Part shown: positions 17,241 through 27,600 of the stretch, in pieces
Layout of the letters: each line of letters starts with the position of its first letter
Position numbering within the stretch: the first letter of the stretch is position 1
Virus record (IMG/VR): IMGVR_UViG_3300034150_000083
Coordinates: 1-64,000 of that record
Source: a virus
Lineage: Duplodnaviria; Caudoviricetes
DNA length: 64,000 nucleotides
Strand: one strand, 5' to 3'
Notes under the pieces: generated by a model
Told to the model about the DNA's origin: nothing
Database searches by the model: none
What the model saw: the letters and a program-made list of their open reading frames with translations, nothing else
Program-made: the position numbers and the translations under genes

Positions 17241-18674
17241 ATGGAAGACACCGGAGCCGTTGCCGCCGCGCCCGCCCCAGCGCCCGCGCCCGCCGCAGCG
17301 AGTATCAGCGCCGAGATCGACTCGTTATTCGCCGATGCCGGCAGTGAATCGACGCCTGTCGAAACCAGCGCTCCCGAGTCCACCACCACCGAAACCGCGC
17401 CGGCTGCGAATCCGCAGGACTCGACCGTCCAGCCGCCGTCGCCTGAAGATTTTGAACCCGAAGCGCCTACTCCCGCCGAAGAGGACGCGGTTCCTGCCGC
17501 CAAAGCCGAACCCGCGGTAGAGGCCGCTCCTCCGGTTTCCGACGAGGACCGCGAAGGCGAAGAGTACGAGGTCCGCGGCAAGAAGTGGATCCGGTATCCG
17601 GAGGCGCGCGGCAAGGAAGTGTACGCGGGCTACCAAGCCGCCAAGACCTTATCGAAGGAACTGGGCCTGCCGGGTCCGGTGACGCCGGAAACCATCCGGA
17701 CGCTGGCCTCGGACAAACAGCTCCTCGACTCGATCGACTTCGACGTGATGTCGAACGATCCGGCCGAGCAGGCCCGGGCGTTCCGTTACTTATTCGCGAC
17801 CGCCAAGAAAGCTCACGATCAGGGACACGCCGGGCACAATCCGCACGCGACGATGGCCGATGCGCTGCTCTATGCCGCCTCGCAGGCCGCGCCGGACGTG
17901 ATCGACGGACTCGAGCGCCGGATCACGCAGGAGACTTTCAACAGGCTTTATCAGAAGGCGGTCAACGCCGGGATCGAAACCGATGAAGGGCGGGCGCTCC
18001 TCTCTTCTGTCCAGCGCGCCGAGCAGGCGCTGACGGGCAACTTCCGCAAGAAGGCCGAACTGGCCCAGATGCAGAAGGTGAAGGTCGACCCGCTGGCCGA
18101 GCGCCAAGCGGCGCTCGACACCAAGGCCCGCGACATCGAAGCGTACGAGCAGAACCGAGCTCAGCAGGAGTGGGACGCTTGGGCCACCGGCACCAAAGCC
18201 TCGATCGAGAGCGGCCTGCAGGCGTCCATCTCCACGATCCTCAAGCCGGTTCTCGCTTCCCTCAAGAATTTTCCCGAGACGCAGAAGAACGTTGAATTAC
18301 GCCTGCGTCAGGAATTGATCGACGCTTTCGTTTCCGACAAGCGATTTGCTGCGGAACGAGAGAAGTACTACAAGCAAGCCTCGATTGCCGGAACTGAACA
18401 GGTTCGGGATGGATGGCGCGCTCGCATCACACAGATGTACACCGTCAAAGCCGATCAGGTGCTTCGTGAGAAGGCCCCGGCTATTCTAAGTGAGTCCGCT
18501 ACCGCCGTAAAGGCAAAAAGCGATTCGACCCACCGACGGTTGGCAAGCACGCAGCAGCTACGCGGAACGCCCGCCGGGGGCATTGCTCCCAACGGGACAG
18601 CGGCGCCATCACCGGGTAACGGTAAGTTCGACTCCCGCTCCTGGGCGGCTGAGTTAGAATCCGCTTTCAACTAA
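17241..18674 (+). CDS. capsid scaffolding protein
   Basis: Acidic Pro/Ala/Glu N-terminus, helical body, between portal and capsid. Confidence 0.7.
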   Translation: MEDTGAVAAAPAPAPAPAAASISAEIDSLFADAGSESTPVETSAPESTTTETAPAANPQDSTVQPPSPEDFEPEAPTPAEEDAVPAAKAEPAVEAAPPVSDEDREGEEYEVRGKKWIRYPEARGKEVYAGYQAAKTLSKELGLPGPVTPETIRTLASDKQLLDSIDFDVMSNDPAEQARAFRYLFATAKKAHDQGHAGHNPHATMADALLYAASQAAPDVIDGLERRITQETFNRLYQKAVNAGIETDEGRALLSSVQRAEQALTGNFRKKAELAQMQKVKVDPLAERQAALDTKARDIEAYEQNRAQQEWDAWATGTKASIESGLQASISTILKPVLASLKNFPETQKNVELRLRQELIDAFVSDKRFAAEREKYYKQASIAGTEQVRDGWRARITQMYTVKADQVLREKAPAILSESATAVKAKSDSTHRRLASTQQLRGTPAGGIAPNGTAAPSPGNGKFDSRSWAAELESAFN

Positions 18675-18730
18675 CTGACGCCCTACATTTCGCGTGGCCT
18701 TGATTCTGACTCAACTCAGGGAGAGAAATC

Positions 18731-19987
18731 GTGGCTACAGATTTAGTGTTCGCCCAAATGGAAAAGGTCGCCCCGAAACTGCCCGATTGGTTTGGCAGGT
18801 TCGATACGATCGTCAATCTCATTAACAGTAAGGCTGACGTGGAGAAGGTTTCCGAGAGAGACTTCCGCGCAACTTACTTAACAACGAATGGCGGAAGGGT
18901 CGGAACGTATAATCCCGACGGCGGCGGCCTCGGGTTAGGTTCCGCGCAAGAAGGTGGCGTCATGATCACCACTTACTTCCCGTTCAGCTTCAGAGGCCAG
19001 ATCACGCAGCTCGCCAGCCGCGCCACCGCGGCCGCCGAGCAGTCTCGTTTGCAGGGTTTCAAGAAGCTCCTGAAAACGATGATTCCGGACTTCGCTGACT
19101 TTTTGGACCGCGCATGGCATATGGGTGACGGCACCGCCGTCCTCGGCACCGCCATCTCGTTTTCCACGGTTGCCTCGAAAACCGTGTACGTCATGGACAC
19201 CACCAACGGCGTCCAGGGATTCCGGCGCGGTGAGTGGTACAACGTGTACGACTCGGCGCTCGCGGCACCGAAAGCGGGCGGTCCCTTCAAGCTCCTGTCG
19301 ATCAACTACCAGACCCGCGCGCTCACCTTCGCGGTGACGATTGCGGGCGCGGCCAACACCGACAAGATCGTGTTCGAAGGCACGAGCGGCGCGACCCCAA
19401 GTGGCCTGAAGGGTTTGTTGTATCACAACAATACTGCGACGAGCGGGACCACTCACGGCGTCAACCGGGCCAACGAACCCGAGATTTTGGTGAATGTTCG
19501 CGACGGCGGCAACTCCGTTCCGACAGTCCAAATGGGCATGCAAATCGCCCATCAGATCATCGAGCGCCGCAAGATCGATCAGGGCACGCCGGCGGGGATG
19601 ATGGCCCTCGTCAATCAGAAGCAGCAGGCCAACATCCGGCAGAACGTGTGGGACATTTCTAACTACGATTTGTCCAACGGCAAGGTCAACGCCGATTTGA
19701 TGCCGAAAGTCGATATGAAATTTATGTTTGCCGGAATTCCGGCGACAGTCGACCCGCATCAGGCCACGAATCGCATCGACTATATCACTCCGCAGGACTG
19801 GTCGATCGCCGAGATCGATCCCGTGGGCTGGTTCGAGATGAATGGCAATAAGTTGTTTCCTTTGTACGCTTTAGACGGGTCACCCGCCGCGACGGCGTGG
19901 TTCGCTCTCTACGTGCTGAGGGACTATTTGTGTCAAAATTTTGGGAACGCCGGGGTGATTTATAACCTCGCGCAACCGACCTATTAG
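18731..19987 (+). CDS. major capsid protein
   Basis: 418 aa after scaffold, strong SD GGGAG, GLKGL and TTHGVNR motifs typical of HK97-fold capsids, followed by hairpin. Confidence 0.8.
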   Translation: MATDLVFAQMEKVAPKLPDWFGRFDTIVNLINSKADVEKVSERDFRATYLTTNGGRVGTYNPDGGGLGLGSAQEGGVMITTYFPFSFRGQITQLASRATAAAEQSRLQGFKKLLKTMIPDFADFLDRAWHMGDGTAVLGTAISFSTVASKTVYVMDTTNGVQGFRRGEWYNVYDSALAAPKAGGPFKLLSINYQTRALTFAVTIAGAANTDKIVFEGTSGATPSGLKGLLYHNNTATSGTTHGVNRANEPEILVNVRDGGNSVPTVQMGMQIAHQIIERRKIDQGTPAGMMALVNQKQQANIRQNVWDISNYDLSNGKVNADLMPKVDMKFMFAGIPATVDPHQATNRIDYITPQDWSIAEIDPVGWFEMNGNKLFPLYALDGSPAATAWFALYVLRDYLCQNFGNAGVIYNLAQPTY

Positions 19988-19999
19988 CCAGGTCGCGAT

Positions 20000-20027
20000 C
20001 GGGGCTGGACAGGCCAGTCCGGCCCCG
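20000..20027 (+). terminator. GC-rich hairpin after capsid gene
   Basis: CGGGGCTGGAC / GTCCGGCCCCG stem; no clear T tract. Confidence 0.4.
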
Positions 20028-20043
20028 AAAACTATCCACTTTC

Positions 20044-20646
20044 ATGGAACAAAAGCTACTTGCCGAGCTGAACTCGAGACTCGCCGCCGAGTTCGGCCGG
20101 AACGATTTCGGCGAGGCGAATTATAAGTGGAGTCTGACGCAGGACCTGTCCGGCTTCGAGAAGCAGGACCTCGACACTCCGCGGCTGATCGTCAGCGCGA
20201 CGGGCGACCAACTGTGGGCGGTCGAGACCCGCTATCAGCGCTTCACGGTCGCAGATATTGTGGGCAAGGACAGGTGGGCCCTCTCTAAGTGGACCTACAT
20301 GCGGCGCGGCGAATGGCTCGCCATATTTGGCGAGGCTTGGCCGTTCCCGGCCCGCGGTGAGTACCACATGGTCGGCAGCCCGATGCCGGACGGCGAGGAG
20401 CCGTGCCATAAGTCGACCGAGACGCTGATCTTCCACCTCCGGATTCATCTGGGCATGACTCTCGAGGATCACGAGCAGGAGCTTCTCGTCAATCTCGCCG
20501 AGAAGAAGCGCATCGAGAGCGGTCCCGTCCAGGACGAGATCCACGATTCGTTTTTCGCGTTCGATCACTTGCCCGGCGCCAAGGACTACGTGTCGCTGCC
20601 CAGCAAAGAGTACCGAGAAAATCACCAGGAGCAACCAGTTGAGTAA
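20044..20646 (+). CDS. hypothetical virion morphogenesis protein
   Basis: 200-aa ORF in structural operon. Confidence 0.7.
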   Translation: MEQKLLAELNSRLAAEFGRNDFGEANYKWSLTQDLSGFEKQDLDTPRLIVSATGDQLWAVETRYQRFTVADIVGKDRWALSKWTYMRRGEWLAIFGEAWPFPARGEYHMVGSPMPDGEEPCHKSTETLIFHLRIHLGMTLEDHEQELLVNLAEKKRIESGPVQDEIHDSFFAFDHLPGAKDYVSLPSKEYRENHQEQPVE

Positions 20647-21304
20647 GACCATCGTTTCCATCTGGCCGATGCAGGAGAGTACGTACAGGCCCCTGCATAT
20701 GCCCAAGACCGCCACCGACTCGAATTGCTTCGTGCTTCAGCCGGGGTGCTTCGATATTCCCTTCCTGCTGCGCGTGCCCGATTTCGACAATCTGGTGTAC
20801 ATGGGGAAGGGCACCAACCAGACCATCACCATTCCGGCGATCGAGACGGCGCTCGATCTGGTGCGCCACTGGCGCGACTCGAAGAACTCGCCCGAAGACG
20901 GCGGGCTGCCCGGCATCTGGCTGCACCCGACCGAAAACCCGACGGTCGAGGAGGTTCGCAGTTCCGCCGAGATCCTCGAGTACAGCGAGAAGCAGATCAT
21001 GTTCGCCTCGTCGAAGGTGCGCGAGGCGCGCTTGTTCGCGGCGCAGAACGAGTGGCGCAACATCACCAAGCTCCATTTGTTTATGGGGAAACTCCTGAAC
21101 ATCCAGGGCGAGCCGTGGCAGGATTTCGACTCGAAAGCTTCCGCCGGCAAGGTGCGCTGCCCGTACTGCGATACGCCGATGGCCATGACCGCGGCGATCT
21201 GCGGCCAGTGCCGTGAGATTGTCGACCTCACCAAGTACAATCAGATTCGAACGGCGCAGGGTCTTCTACCGAAGTCAGCTCCCAGTGTGCCGAAGCCGAG
21301 CTAG
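20639..21304 (+). CDS. hypothetical protein with C-terminal zinc ribbon
   Basis: CPYC...CGQC. Confidence 0.7.
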   Translation: MSKTIVSIWPMQESTYRPLHMPKTATDSNCFVLQPGCFDIPFLLRVPDFDNLVYMGKGTNQTITIPAIETALDLVRHWRDSKNSPEDGGLPGIWLHPTENPTVEEVRSSAEILEYSEKQIMFASSKVREARLFAAQNEWRNITKLHLFMGKLLNIQGEPWQDFDSKASAGKVRCPYCDTPMAMTAAICGQCREIVDLTKYNQIRTAQGLLPKSAPSVPKPS

Positions 21305-21319
21305 CCAGGAGACAACGCG

Positions 21320-22018
21320 ATGGCCATTCCCACTGTTGAACAGGCGATCGAAGAGGCGGCGTTTCACCTCGGAGACCGCCAGAAGCGCCGGTTTACCATG
21401 CCGGACCTGCAGATGGCAGTGGGACTGGCCTGGCGCGAAATCATCGACGAGATGCACAAGTGCCAGGACGCGGCGGTCGAGCTGCAGACGCTCTACGTGG
21501 TGACGATGGGCACCATGAAACTGACGCCGCAGGCGGCGGGGATCACCAACTTTGGTTCGCTGCTCCGTCTCGAGGAGCGCCCGGCGGGCCAGATCAACAC
21601 CACTTTCTTCCCGGTGCATTACACCGAGTCTCTACCGCTGCCGTGGACACCGACCGACCGCATCATTTACTACACGTACCGCTCGGGCGAGTTCACGTTT
21701 CCTCCGCCAACGCGCGACGTGGAGTTGCGCATTACCTTCCTGCACTCGGGCGAGAATCCGACCACCGGCACGCTCGGCATCGACAACTGCCTCACTTGTG
21801 TCGGCAAGCTCGCCGCGGCCATCGCCGGTCCCACCAAGGGTCTCGAAAGAATCCCGAAGACGTTGCGCGACGAGGTCTACGTGTTCCCGAACCACATGCA
21901 GGCGCTCATCCAGCCTCACTTGCGCGAGCAGCAGGAGAGGCGCGTTCAGCCCGCCGCCTACGCAGTCGGCTCCAACCGGAGACGCCCGCGTGGGCACTAT
22001 CCCATCTTTGGTCCTTAG
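21320..22018 (+). CDS. putative head-tail adaptor
   Basis: Size and position before the nozzle-like gene; SD AGGAG. Confidence 0.55.
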   Translation: MAIPTVEQAIEEAAFHLGDRQKRRFTMPDLQMAVGLAWREIIDEMHKCQDAAVELQTLYVVTMGTMKLTPQAAGITNFGSLLRLEERPAGQINTTFFPVHYTESLPLPWTPTDRIIYYTYRSGEFTFPPPTRDVELRITFLHSGENPTTGTLGIDNCLTCVGKLAAAIAGPTKGLERIPKTLRDEVYVFPNHMQALIQPHLREQQERRVQPAAYAVGSNRRRPRGHYPIFGP

Positions 22019-22050
22019 TCTTTTTCGATACTGGAGAAAATGGAAACCCC

Positions 22051-22470
22051 ATGTCCTTTACTACTGAGAAAATTCCCGGCACTCCCCTCTACAAGTCCCG
22101 CACGCCGCAAGTCGCGCAGGGCACACTTCTTCTGGCCGATCTGAACACCGGCCTCGTCATCCTGGCCCCCAACAACCGCCTCGTCCAGATCACCGGATTC
22201 ATGTTCCATATGAACGGGACGTTCGCGGGCCTGACCGACATGCGCCTGCAAACCACCGAGTTGCCTACTCCCACGCCGCTCATCACCGTCGTTGCGGCGC
22301 AGATGGGCGACACGGTGATTCACACCGAAGCGTTCGGCACCCATGTGCTCGCGCCGGCCTACTGGATCGCTCTTCCCAAAGGCACCGGCCTCCAGCTCGT
22401 CAAGACTGGCGCACCCGCCACGGGCGGCACCTCGGTCGACTACGCGGTTCACTACGTCTTCGAGGGATAA
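22051..22470 (+). CDS. putative virion beta-sandwich protein
   Basis: Start MSFTTEKIPG with GGAG SD; beta-rich. Confidence 0.6.
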   Translation: MSFTTEKIPGTPLYKSRTPQVAQGTLLLADLNTGLVILAPNNRLVQITGFMFHMNGTFAGLTDMRLQTTELPTPTPLITVVAAQMGDTVIHTEAFGTHVLAPAYWIALPKGTGLQLVKTGAPATGGTSVDYAVHYVFEG

Positions 22471-22475
22471 CGCGC

Positions 22476-24404
22476 TTGAGTCTTTCCGAGCTCAAACAAC
22501 GCGCGATTGGAGATCTCCGCGGGTCCTGGACGAGGGCCCGCACGGAGCCGAACGGGTCCCGCACCCAAAACACCTACCTGACCAACCGGGCATCGAACGC
22601 CATCAATGTCCGGTTCGACGGGGGCCGGATTATCGGCCGGGACGGGTTCCTCGCCGGGCTGATGGCCACCGGGAAGATGACGATGATGTACCAGTGGTTC
22701 GCCTACTCGACATCCGTCACGGGCGCGGGCGCGCCGCAGAACTTCCTGATCACCTTCGAGAATGGCCAGATCCGCTACCGGGACCTCTACTTCCACAACG
22801 AGTCGACGGCGGAGGCGATCCCCGGCGCCTACGGGGCAACCGTCGTCGAAGCGGCTGACCGCCTCTACGTGTCGACCTACACGAGCGCGTTCACCGGGGC
22901 CAGCGAAACGCGGATCCTCTTTCCGTTCGCCGGCGCGGGCTACGACAACATTTCCAATGCGTTCATGGGTCCGATGTCGGAGGTTCCCACCTTCACCGAA
23001 CCGTTCGGCGGGCTGGTGACGGCGGGCCTGCACAAGTGGGGCTACATCGTCACTTCGCGGAGCGGCGCGCAACTCAAGCCCTCTCCTTATACCGCCGCCA
23101 TCTTCACGCCGCCCTCGTTCACCGCGGCGGGCGATACGACCGTGCAGATGCAGGTCTCGGCGGTCTGGCCGGACGACGCCATGTTCATCTCCCCGATCAT
23201 GACGACCATCGAGAACCTGGAGAAGTTCTTCATCGTGCCGGGTCTCGAGCTTGCCGTCATGCCCGGCGTGCTCTACCCGGTGCAGTTCCAGATCTCGATC
23301 ACCGACGAAGTGCTCGAGGCGACCGCCACCGAACTGACCGACCTGTTCGGGTACATGACGCAGAACATCGATGGCACCGGGCCGTTCTCGCCGTTCAACC
23401 TGGCGCAGCTCGGCCGCCGCGTGGCGTACTTCGTGCAGAACAAGGTCTACATCTCCGACCAGGATGACTTTGAGCGCGTGACCGAGGACCAGCACGTCCT
23501 GCAACTTCCCGGCGAACGTTATGTGGTGACCGCCTGCCAGATCCGCGGCGTGAACTATTTTTTCGGGCCCAAGTGGACCTACGCGGCGGTCGACAACGAG
23601 GACGTGCCCGTCTTGTGGGCAGCGCCGTACGCGGTTTCGCTGGGTCAGGGAACCAGCGCGATCCACGGCGTGTGCGTCAATACGACCGGGGATATGGCGT
23701 GGGTCGCCAACGAGTACGGTCTGTGGGAATTCCACGGCGGGTACGACGCGATTCCGGTGTCGGACATGAACGAACCGGAGTGGCGCAGGATCAACTGGGG
23801 CCTCGCGCAGACAACGCTCTGGATCGTCGACGATCCGATCGGCCAGCGCGTGATGGTCTATGCGCCGATGGACGGGGCCACCCAGAATTCGCACCGCCTT
23901 ACGTGGTCCTACGCACGCGGGCGAGGACCCACGCAGGTCGACTTCTCGATCGACACGCTGGCGGCGGGTTCGGCCTGCATGGTGCGCGAGACGACCTCCC
24001 AGCGCTCTCGGCTCTGGCATGGACCCAATGCCGCTACCCCGATCCTGATCGAGGACTCGACCGCCTTTGCGGATAACGGCGTGCCGATCACTTCGATCTG
24101 GGAATCGGGCGAAGTGTTCAAGCGGCGCAAGGAAGCCAGCTCGATCGACATGAAGGTCCAGACCGTCGAGGCCAAGATTAAGGGAGTCGGCATGCTCCGC
24201 ACGCGCGTCTACATCGCGGGCCGGGGCCTCTACGAGGACCTCGCGACCCACATGCTCCAGGAGCTTCCGCGCGATGCGATCGAGATGGGCTGCGATGTCG
24301 AGTCGCACGATGTCACGGTGGAGTTCAAGACCAACGCGCTGGGCGAACGGATGGACCTCGCCGATTTCACCGTGTTTTATGTGCCTTGGCTGACTTCCCG
24401 CTGA
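22476..24404 (+). CDS. putative tail nozzle / stabilisation protein (P22 gp10 or T7 gp12 position)
   Basis: 642 aa, beta-propeller-like composition, podoviral gene order. Confidence 0.65.
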   Translation: MSLSELKQRAIGDLRGSWTRARTEPNGSRTQNTYLTNRASNAINVRFDGGRIIGRDGFLAGLMATGKMTMMYQWFAYSTSVTGAGAPQNFLITFENGQIRYRDLYFHNESTAEAIPGAYGATVVEAADRLYVSTYTSAFTGASETRILFPFAGAGYDNISNAFMGPMSEVPTFTEPFGGLVTAGLHKWGYIVTSRSGAQLKPSPYTAAIFTPPSFTAAGDTTVQMQVSAVWPDDAMFISPIMTTIENLEKFFIVPGLELAVMPGVLYPVQFQISITDEVLEATATELTDLFGYMTQNIDGTGPFSPFNLAQLGRRVAYFVQNKVYISDQDDFERVTEDQHVLQLPGERYVVTACQIRGVNYFFGPKWTYAAVDNEDVPVLWAAPYAVSLGQGTSAIHGVCVNTTGDMAWVANEYGLWEFHGGYDAIPVSDMNEPEWRRINWGLAQTTLWIVDDPIGQRVMVYAPMDGATQNSHRLTWSYARGRGPTQVDFSIDTLAAGSACMVRETTSQRSRLWHGPNAATPILIEDSTAFADNGVPITSIWESGEVFKRRKEASSIDMKVQTVEAKIKGVGMLRTRVYIAGRGLYEDLATHMLQELPRDAIEMGCDVESHDVTVEFKTNALGERMDLADFTVFYVPWLTSR

Positions 24405-24416
24405 TACTATCCAGGA

Positions 24417-24650
24417 ATGGCTGCCGTTGATAAGTTGATAGTCACGTCGATCAGACCCGACGTGAATAGCATCCGCACGCACGGCACTTTCCAGCTCGTG
24501 GCCGAAGCGCTGGACCGGCTCGACGGCAATCTGTCGAGGACCGCTGGCTTCGTCAACAACATCAAGCCGAGCAGCACGACGATCATCGAAGGTCCCGGCG
24601 AACCGCCTCCCCCGGCCGAGCAGACCGGGCAGATCTCCTACGACCCCTAA
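24417..24650 (+). CDS. small tail-associated protein
   Basis: 77 aa; TACTAT -10 hexamer 6 nt before ATG. Confidence 0.6.
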   Translation: MAAVDKLIVTSIRPDVNSIRTHGTFQLVAEALDRLDGNLSRTAGFVNNIKPSSTTIIEGPGEPPPPAEQTGQISYDP

Positions 24651-27600
24651 TGGCTATCATCTATCCGGACTCCATCATTCGCGATACATGGGTGAAGCAC
24701 GGCGAGCGTGTTTCGGTGAAGGACTTTGGCGCGGTCTCGGACGGCGTTTCCGATTGCAGCGAGGCGTTCCAGGAAGCCTATGACAGTGTCGTTTCAAAAG
24801 GCGGGGGAAGTATCGACATCCCCGGCGTAGGCACGGTGGGCGAGAGCTACAAACTGAACACTCCGATCGAACTCGATTCGGACGTGCCGATCTCCTGGCT
24901 CGGGCAGGGACGCAGTTCGAAGATCACGCGCGGCGCGGCGCTGCCCGCTGGCAAGGCACTGTTCAATCTCAACAACGCCAGGAGCATGGTCTTCCGTAAT
25001 TTCCTCGTCGACGGGAAGGTCACCGCCTCGGCGGGCCTGCTCTATTCCGAGTTCGCGAGTGATCCAATGCATCCCACGCTCACGTTGAACTCGAGCTTCT
25101 GGGTCCACGGGGGCGAGGACCTGGAGTGGGACGGCGTTCACATTGAACACACGGGCGGCTACTCGATCCTCCTCGACGCGCGCCTCCTCAATGTGAAGCG
25201 CGTCAAGATCCATCACGGCATGCTGCGGAACAACCGCCCGCACACGTTCGGCACGGCGGCTGCCGACATGATGGACCTGCGGCGGCGGGTGCAGGGCGTC
25301 AAGATCGACTGGGAGCGGCACTTCCCAGACCTCCTCGCCGGCAGTGCCTCGATCTACGGATCCTGGACGGGCGGCATACTTGGCCAGAACCAGGCGACGG
25401 GAGGATCGTCGACCAAGGTGTCCGACCTCAACGTGTCGAACAACCGCTTCGAGCGGAACACGGGCAACTGCGTGTGGCAGCACGGCTACGGCTTTGACTC
25501 GTTCCATCAGCAGATCCATGTCGACTACAACTCGTTCCTCGACTGCGGCCTCGACGGGATCCTGTTCGGCAACGTGATCGGGGGCAGCGCGATCGGCAAC
25601 TCGTTCCGCCGGATCGGCTACATCTGCAGCGACGACACTTCGCCCGGCATTCCCCGGTGGCTGCCGAATCTCAACGCCACCGGCCTCGATACCTCAGGCG
25701 TCGTCAAGCTCGTCAACTACGCCAACAACTCCTTCCTCAATGTGAACGGCGGCGCGATCAACGGAGACGGCTTCGCCTACGGCACGATCAACGGCAACTC
25801 GATCCGCGTCTCGCGCCCCGGCGAACCGGAGTACACCGAGGACTCGATTGGTTCCGGATTCGGTCCCGGCGGCTCTGGCCAGAACTGGTCGCAAGGCATC
25901 GTGCTCGGAAACACCGCCGATAAGGAAGGCGGTCTCGGCGTCACCATCTCTGGCAACTTCTTCGACAACTTGGGCGGCACCGCGATCGGCCTCTACGCCG
26001 CGCGCAAGTGCCAGGCGCAAAACAACCTGATCATCGCGCCGAATGCGCCCGGCCAGAACCCGATCATGATCGGCGGGCTGCTCACCGGATCCAATCAGGT
26101 GGCGCGCGACAACCTCGTCACCGAGAACACCGTTCACTTCAATCCAGCTACGCCGGCCCCGGCGATCTTTGAGGATCCCACGTACCGTCCGTTCACGCCG
26201 GCGGATATGAATCGCGTCGTCAAGAACGTCTGCCTCGGCGGCCCGAACGTCTTCGAGTTCAAGCGCGACCCAAACACCGACACCAAGTGCGCCATTCACT
26301 TCACCACCGAGGCAGTGGCGAGTTACTCGAGCCGTCACGGAATCACGCGCGAAGGGATCGGCGAAGGCTCATCGCTCCGCTTCTACGCGCAGGACTCCGA
26401 TCCGTGGGGCAACATTCACATGTCGCTCAACATGTACCGCGCACAGGGCGCGCGGGGGCCCCTGTTGAACGTCTCTGAAACCGGACCCGGGCCTCCCGAG
26501 GTTGTGACCGAGGGCGGTAACATCACCACCGGCAGCGTGCTGACGCAGCCGTTCGGCGACTCGATGGTGACTGGCAAGCTCTGCGGCACGAGCCTCCTGG
26601 CTCTGAGCGCCTACACCTACTGGGAAGTCGAAGCGAACATGTTCAACGCGGATTGGGCCTTGTTGCGCTGGGACGACCTGCTCGGCAAGTGGCAGCAGTC
26701 GGTCAGTGTCGACACGGGCGTGCGGGTCTGGACCGACCTCGCCGTGGGCGGCGGCGGAGCCACGGTCAAACCAGCCGATCCCGTGGATTCGGTGCAGTTC
26801 AACCGCGCGGGCGCGTTCGGAGGCAGCGCCGATTTCATCTACACCGAGAGCGCCAAGCGGCTCACGATATACGGCACCGCGGCGCTGCCCGGCATCAATG
26901 TGACCGGCGGGTACATTCAATCGGACCAAGGTTTCGTGGCGATGCCCGCGACCGCCGTCACCTACAACGCCATCCAGGCTTCCAACGGCGGTGTGTACGC
27001 TCTGTCGGCGACGATCAAGAACTACATAACGTGGGGGAGTAACGCCGCTCCGGTTCCCACGATTAACGACACGTTCTTGGATAACGGCGTCATCAACTAC
27101 GACGACCCGAACAAGATCTTCAACTTCCGCACGGGCCAGTACAACCAGGCGACTCAGAACACTGACCTCGTCGACGTGAGCTGCTTCGCGCTCGGCTTCG
27201 CGGCTTCGAGTACACTGACCAACGCTATCCAGGCGCCGTACGGCGGCGTCACGGGCCAGTGGCTGATCGCCACCGATTCGCTGATCTTTATCGGGCGCGC
27301 ACAGCCTCCGGTGTCAGGAATGGGCCAGGCGCGGATCTACGCGGCCACGAGCGGGCAGTTGTACATCTCGACCAACACCGCTCCCTATGGGCCATTCGGG
27401 AACACGCCTCCCGGCGCTCCGGAAGGCAGCGTCCAGTACAACCGCGGCGGGCAGTTCGGCGGGGACGCCAATTTCTTCTGGGACGAGGGAGTGAATCGAC
27501 TCTACATCACTTGCGCGCCGACGGCCCCGGCGATCAGCACCTCGGGCGGCTGGATTCAGAGCGAGGGCGGGTTCCTGACGTTCAATACCGGGAACGCTAT

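Noticed and set aside
22452-24482. 676-aa minus ORF opposite the nozzle gene
   Set aside because: Stop-free antisense frame expected from high GC3 codon use
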